This document shows, piece after piece, positions 47,619 through 64,000 of a DNA stretch of 64,000 nucleotides. Within the stretch, counting starts at the first letter, position 1. Each line of letters begins with the position of its first letter. The DNA lies in contig CM119270.1 in assembly GCA_051294375.1 (NCBI GenBank), forward strand, positions 15,161,921 through 15,225,920, given 5' to 3'. The DNA comes from Paraspadella gotoi. Its lineage: Eukaryota > Animalia > Chaetognatha. The notes below the pieces were generated by a model that ran no database searches, was not told the DNA's origin, and saw only the letters and a program-made list of their open reading frames with translations. Both the position numbers and the translations under genes were made by a program.

Positions 47619-48779
47619 GCCTAAGAATTAAGGAGGGGAGAGAGAGAGAGAGTTTGTAGTCTATACTAATAGCATATACTATTTGTTTTAACTTTTTAGA
47701 TAATTCGCCAAATTCGTAAGTTGAGACAAAAAAGAACTGTTAAATCCGTCAGGTTTGCTTTTGCTTGAATCTTAAAAGAATCTTAAATCTTAAACGAATT
47801 GATTAAATCAAATAAATAGGAAAAGCCGCAGACTTACCGGAAAGTCTTGACGTGTAAGGCGGGCCTGGTCCAGAAGGTGTCGATCTATACGAATGTCATT
47901 GGATCTTTTATACAAAAATATTATTAATCAAAAACTATCAAAATATTTTTCTTACTTTAAATTTGACGATTTGTGAATGGTATCAGAACAAATCTGAAAG
48001 TTCATTGTTTTCAGGCCTGGAAGAAAAGTTTTTAAAAGATTTTTTCCTCCTGTTAGTTTACTAAAAGTTTTTTATAGCTACAAACCTACCTTAAGCCGGT
48101 CAAACGTCTACACTGAAAACCAAATTAATTCGTCAGTATTCTTTTTCGATTGAAGTCAAAAACTAATTAAATATAAAAAAAACGTGTCAATTTTCAATTT
48201 AAGTTCCAAAAAACAAGCGATCAATTGATTGATTGATTAATTGATTGTCGAAGGTATCCTGATGTTTAACGACATCAAAATTTAAATGACGCCCTAACCC
48301 CGTTCGGCGAAAGTAAAATTATCCTAATTTTCTTTTTTTTTTGGGGGGGGGGTTAATTTTACTTTCGCTGACCGGGGTCACGGGGGGTTTAGGATTAAGG
48401 GTGGTTTAATGTTAGGGGTAGTTAGGGTAATTAGGTAATAATTTTTTATTTTTTTTTTTAAATAAATATTTTTAAATAGTTTTTCAAAAGATGCCAAAAT
48501 CCCGGTCGTCGAAAGTAAAATTTTGCCTTTTTTTAATTTTTTTTATCAAAAGTCGAGGAAAAACGAAATGTGATTTTTAATTTTTATTTGAAAAGTGGCC
48601 AAAGAAAATCTATAACGAAAAATATTCGGTCGTCTAGACTGTAATCGATACTTATGACCACCAAACTAGTCTCTCGTCTAAAATGGTAGCTTCGAAAAAA
48701 AAAATAAAGAAAAGAGAAAGTTTTCAATTTTTTTCCGTCTCTAGATTTTCGAGTCGAACCAAACCGAACCGGGTTGCTC

Positions 48780-49270
48780 CGCAAAAACAATTCTGTCTGT
48801 GTGTGTGTCTCTGGTCCACACGTGATCCAGGTCGGTGGGAGAATGCGGCGCCCGACGACGCTAACCTCTCTTCAACCAACCACAATCGAGATCGGCTCTC
48901 TTCTTTTCCATCCGGCGTCGTTCTCGCCCTAAAGCGGCGTCGAAACTCGCAGTCTCAAGCGAATGTAATTAGCATAGAATAAAAGTCGTTTCTCGTGTTG
49001 CGCCAATCTCTAGACGCCGATTGGACGCAGAAAAACTCGTGCGGGAGGTTAGGTCCAATGATTTTGTCGCAAAGATTGAGAGTTAGGAGCTTAACGTCGT
49101 CGATAAGGTCGGGCGAACGGTACGAGAACTTTTACTGGTGAATGACGGCAGATGCAGCGATTTTGATTGGTGCTCAGAAAATGGACTCAAATCAGGTTTT
49201 TCTCAAATCGACGAAAATAAAATCGTACATTACGTAACGTAACGGGAGAGCGAAAACGCATGTGAGAAGA
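48780..49270. promoter_or_regulatory. Putative cwo distal promoter
   Basis: CpG-rich. CACGTG at 48819, several CCAAT/ATTGG, CTCGTG twice, and TTACGTAA at 49230. Confidence 0.45.
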
Positions 49271-49441
49271 CAGAGTTGGTGGGTGAGAGAAAAAAAAAGA
49301 GAGACGGAGAAAAAAAAGAGTGCGAGAGTTTGGAAAAGTAGGAAAACGAGACGGGAGCTTTAATTAGCGGTAACCTTGATTACTTTTAACCATTACATGC
49401 AAAATATTTACCAAATATTCAAATAGTCATTCACTGCCGGG

Positions 49442-50535
49442 TAGAGCGTAGTGAAAGTTACGTACGAAAATTCTAAATGTCAATTATGAACAACACACCA
49501 TCATTGATTATTAATTTGTAAAATAAATTATTGTTATGTTCTTCAATTTTCGCAATAGGCTATATTTATATATAGTATTATCCTTATAAAATCGAAAAAT
49601 TTTAATTGCAGATTTGAATTCCTCGTCAAAAGTTGATAAAAAAAAAAATAAATCATTTTAAAAGTTGTTTTCATTAAGTGGGTTAAATATTAAAAAAATA
49701 TATTTAATACACAAAATTTTAATTTTCAGCTTAAAATATACGTTTTTTTTTCTATTTGATCAACTTAATGAAAGAATTTTGAATAAAGAGTTATATTTCG
49801 TTATATCAACTTTTCATGACGAATCCAAATCTGCAAAAGAATCTTACAAAAAATATTTTGAAATTTTAACATTTATTGGATTAATAATATTGTTAAATTT
49901 TTATTTGTTACGAGATAGTCTCTCGGTTGTTTGATGCCCTTTTTATTATTGAATTCGTATTTTTGTTGCTTACGAAGTATCTGATTGATCAAGTATTTTA
50001 AAAGTCGCTCTCTGATTGGTTAGTCCTTATGATTGTACCTTAACCAAAGATATAAAAGAGATGTGCTTACCTAAAACTAAGAGGATAAGTTACCAATGAT
50101 TCGTGACAGTCGGTAAGCATTTAAAAAGATATTTTGTAATTTTATGGTTAAGCTTAAAGTTGACTATTTTTAATAAGTTCTTTTTTTTGTATCTTTAGAA
50201 ATAGTCTCCCTTCGACTTGCTTTGTCTCCCTTCGACTTGCTTTATGTCTCCCTTCTACTTGCTTCACGTCTCACGCTCATGTTATGTCTACTACAATAAA
50301 TATTACTAAATTTACATTCTTCGAATCTCTATAAATAAATAGCAAGTCAGAAAACACTAGCTCGCTCACGGCGTTACGGTAAAATCCTCAATAAATATGA
50401 TAAATATGGCCTACTGCATAAATTTTAAAATTTATAAATTTTTTTTATACATAAATGTTCATTAGTATAATGTTATTCGTTCCTCACTTTTAGAATTTTA
50501 CTTGAAGTTAAATTTAGAATTTTTACTACGCTTTA
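49442..50535. mobile_element. Foldback hAT-like MITE, family B, interrupted by an insertion of about 500 bp
   Basis: Homologous to 16518-17118 at 49442-about 49885 and about 50400-50535. Degenerate 8-bp TSD CTGCCGGG / CTACTGGG. Confidence 0.8.
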
Positions 50536-51054
50536 CTACTGGGGTCCTTATGACATATTGACAGTTTTTTTTAAACAAAATTAAAATTGCTGTCTTATTT
50601 CATAGTAAATTTGAGAACTAACTCTTTAGATTCTATGCATTACAATTCAGAATTCGGTACAACTACAAGCTGGAAATTTACTGATCGACAAGTAGTTTTT
50701 ATCTTACTTTTTTACTTTCTTTCTCTAAAGGTCAAAAACATGACTGCATTTTTTCTGTTTAGTATGTATAAAAAAAAGAAAACTTTTATAACAATATTAC
50801 AGCAACTATATTTTTCAACATGAGAAGATTTTACAATTAGAATTCTGGTTCAATTCAATGTCAAAGGGAGAGAGAGAGCGAGAGAGAGATATGGGATAAA
50901 GATAAAAGGAATGGCGGGTTTTGTTTTTGTTTTTTGTTTTTTGTTTTTTGTTTTTGTTTTTTTTCAAGTGTGGAGGGTAAAAAAAAAATAAACGTGGCGG
51001 CGGGAGAGTTCAAATAATCATTGTAATAATTATATTAAAATAATAATGATAAAA

Positions 51055-62091
<11,037 letters not shown>

Positions 62092-62632
62092 CTCTCACTC
62101 TCTCGGTTCTTATCTCGGATCATCTGTGAAGGGACGTGAATGGGATCACAAAAAAACAGTGTCACGCAATGACTCTCCCCCCCCCCTCGCGCACAAAAAA
62201 AAAAGAAGACAGACAGCGAATCGAATTTTCATTTTTTAAAGGAAATATAAAAAAGTAAATAAAAAAAAAAGATTTGTTTATTTTGAGATTCGATTCTTCT
62301 CTTCTCTTTCTGAAGCGACGAATTTGAGCGAGGAAGAATCGAACTGAAAAATCCGCGTAAAAATCGAAAAAAGGCGTGACGCCACAAAAACAAAAAAAAT
62401 CGCTCCGAGTGTCTCTCTCTCTGTCTTTCTATCTCCGACACTCTCTCTCACTCTCTTCCTCTTCTTCTTCTTCTTTTTCTTTTTCTCTTTCGTTTTTCGC
62501 ACTCACCCTCTCTTACTTTTTTCCCCTTCATTTTAGTTTGATTTTTTTTATTTCTTTATTTTCGTGAGTTAGAATCATTAAATACGATTTGTTTTTCTTT
62601 CGAGTAGTTGTTTTATTTTCTTTTTCCGTTCC

Positions 62633-62672
<40 letters not shown>

Positions 62673-63221
62673 GGATAGAAAAAAAACAAATACAGGAACA
62701 GGAAAGAAAAAACAAGAAATCGACGCAAACGCATCGCACGCATCGACGCCATTCCATGTACGCTAGTTTTTATTTATTAGTGCGCGAAAAAACTGCCGGG
62801 GGGGGGGGCAACGATAACGATGACTGAGCAGACGATTTTACTGACGATTCTTCTGGTTTGGGTCGCAGTCTTTGGGTCGGAAGGTCTCCGGTTCAGAACC
62901 CGGTTCGTGATATTTTTGGTCCTTGGACCTCGTATTTCGATAGTGATTGATTGTAAAAGCGGAGCAACAAAGTTTTCGTCAACATTTTGTTACACTTGAT
63001 TTTACCGTTGGAACGGCAACAACAACAACAATAACAATCTCAGAACAAGAAACAGTGTCTCCCAGTTTTAAATCCGGTTTTCGCCCTCAGAAAATTCTCT
63101 CTCTGTCACTGACTCTCTCTCACTCTGACTCTCTCCCGACATATGTAGAACGTGTTTTTCTCGTCTGCCTGGGATAAGTTGCTTTCTGTCTCAATCTTAA
63201 TATCTGCTTTGTCTCTGTCTG

Positions 63222-63316
<95 letters not shown>

Positions 63317-63318
<2 letters not shown>

Positions 63319-63548
63319 TAGGAGATCAAGGATCGTGAGCGCGTGAGGGGCAAGGCTTTTCAACTCTCGTCGTCATCCTTTACGCCGGAAGAGGTCGGCG
63401 CGTCGAGGAGCCCCGATGGCGCTGCGGGAGGCGCGATGAGGACGCCGCCTTCGGCCTCTTCGGCGCCCGAGGACGAGTCGGCGTCCGACGCGATTCAAAA
63501 AAGGTCGTTGACTCAGATCGATCGGATCGGAAAGAGCGGAGAAAAAAG
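63317..63548 (+). other. Possible first exon of a divergently transcribed gene continuing beyond the window
   Basis: GC-rich block ending in a strong donor AAG|GTAAGT. ATG at 63436 (MRTPPSASSAPEDES...). Confidence 0.3.
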
Positions 63549-63581
63549 GTAAGTACTTCGGTCGCGCAGCGGGTGAGAAAG

Positions 63582-63631
<50 letters not shown>

Positions 63632-64000
63632 CCGAGAGGAGAGACGAGAGAGAGAAGAAGACAGACGCTGAGAGCAGAGAGGAGAGACCAGACAGAGAGC
63701 GCTCAAGTTTCCGGGACGACGGTTGCGACGATGACGGCGACGAAATCAACGTTACGCCGACGATGACGTCTGGATCGGAGAAGTGGCGCTGGAACACGTG
63801 ACGCCGACGACGCCGACGACGCCGCCAGCGCCGACGACGACGACGAAGACGACGAATCGTGCATCCTGTTTTGAGAATTTTCGTTTTATTTTTTTTCTTT
63901 TGTTTTTTTTTTTCTGTTTTCTCTTTTTTATGTTTTATATTGTTTCCTCTTTCTTATTTCGAGAGTAAGTCACGTTTCTCGACTTTGTTTCGCGTCTTCC

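Overview
Microsatellite-rich animal (very likely arthropod) genomic DNA with two N-gaps. Five protein-coding genes can be reconstructed by hand: a TMEM249 (CatSper-theta) homologue (+), a secreted tandem double inhibitor-cystine-knot peptide (+), atrophin/RERE (Grunge; ELM2-SANT-GATA-atrophin, about 35 exons, -), clockwork orange (bHLH-Orange, -) and a class-2 DYRK kinase (-) with a 527-aa orphan ORF inside one intron. The introns carry hAT- and Tc1/mariner-type MITEs and Penelope-type minimal hammerhead ribozymes. The most striking unexplained signal is a set of five short SINE-like elements built around a circularly permuted (P5-type) twister-ribozyme fold with a tiny palindromic P1, two of them behind a recognisable tRNA-like head. 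Their pseudoknot and stem positions covary between copies. The four copies with an intact core lie antisense to the host pre-mRNA, and the single sense copy has a destroyed core. All calls come from manual reading; no database searches or folding programs were run.
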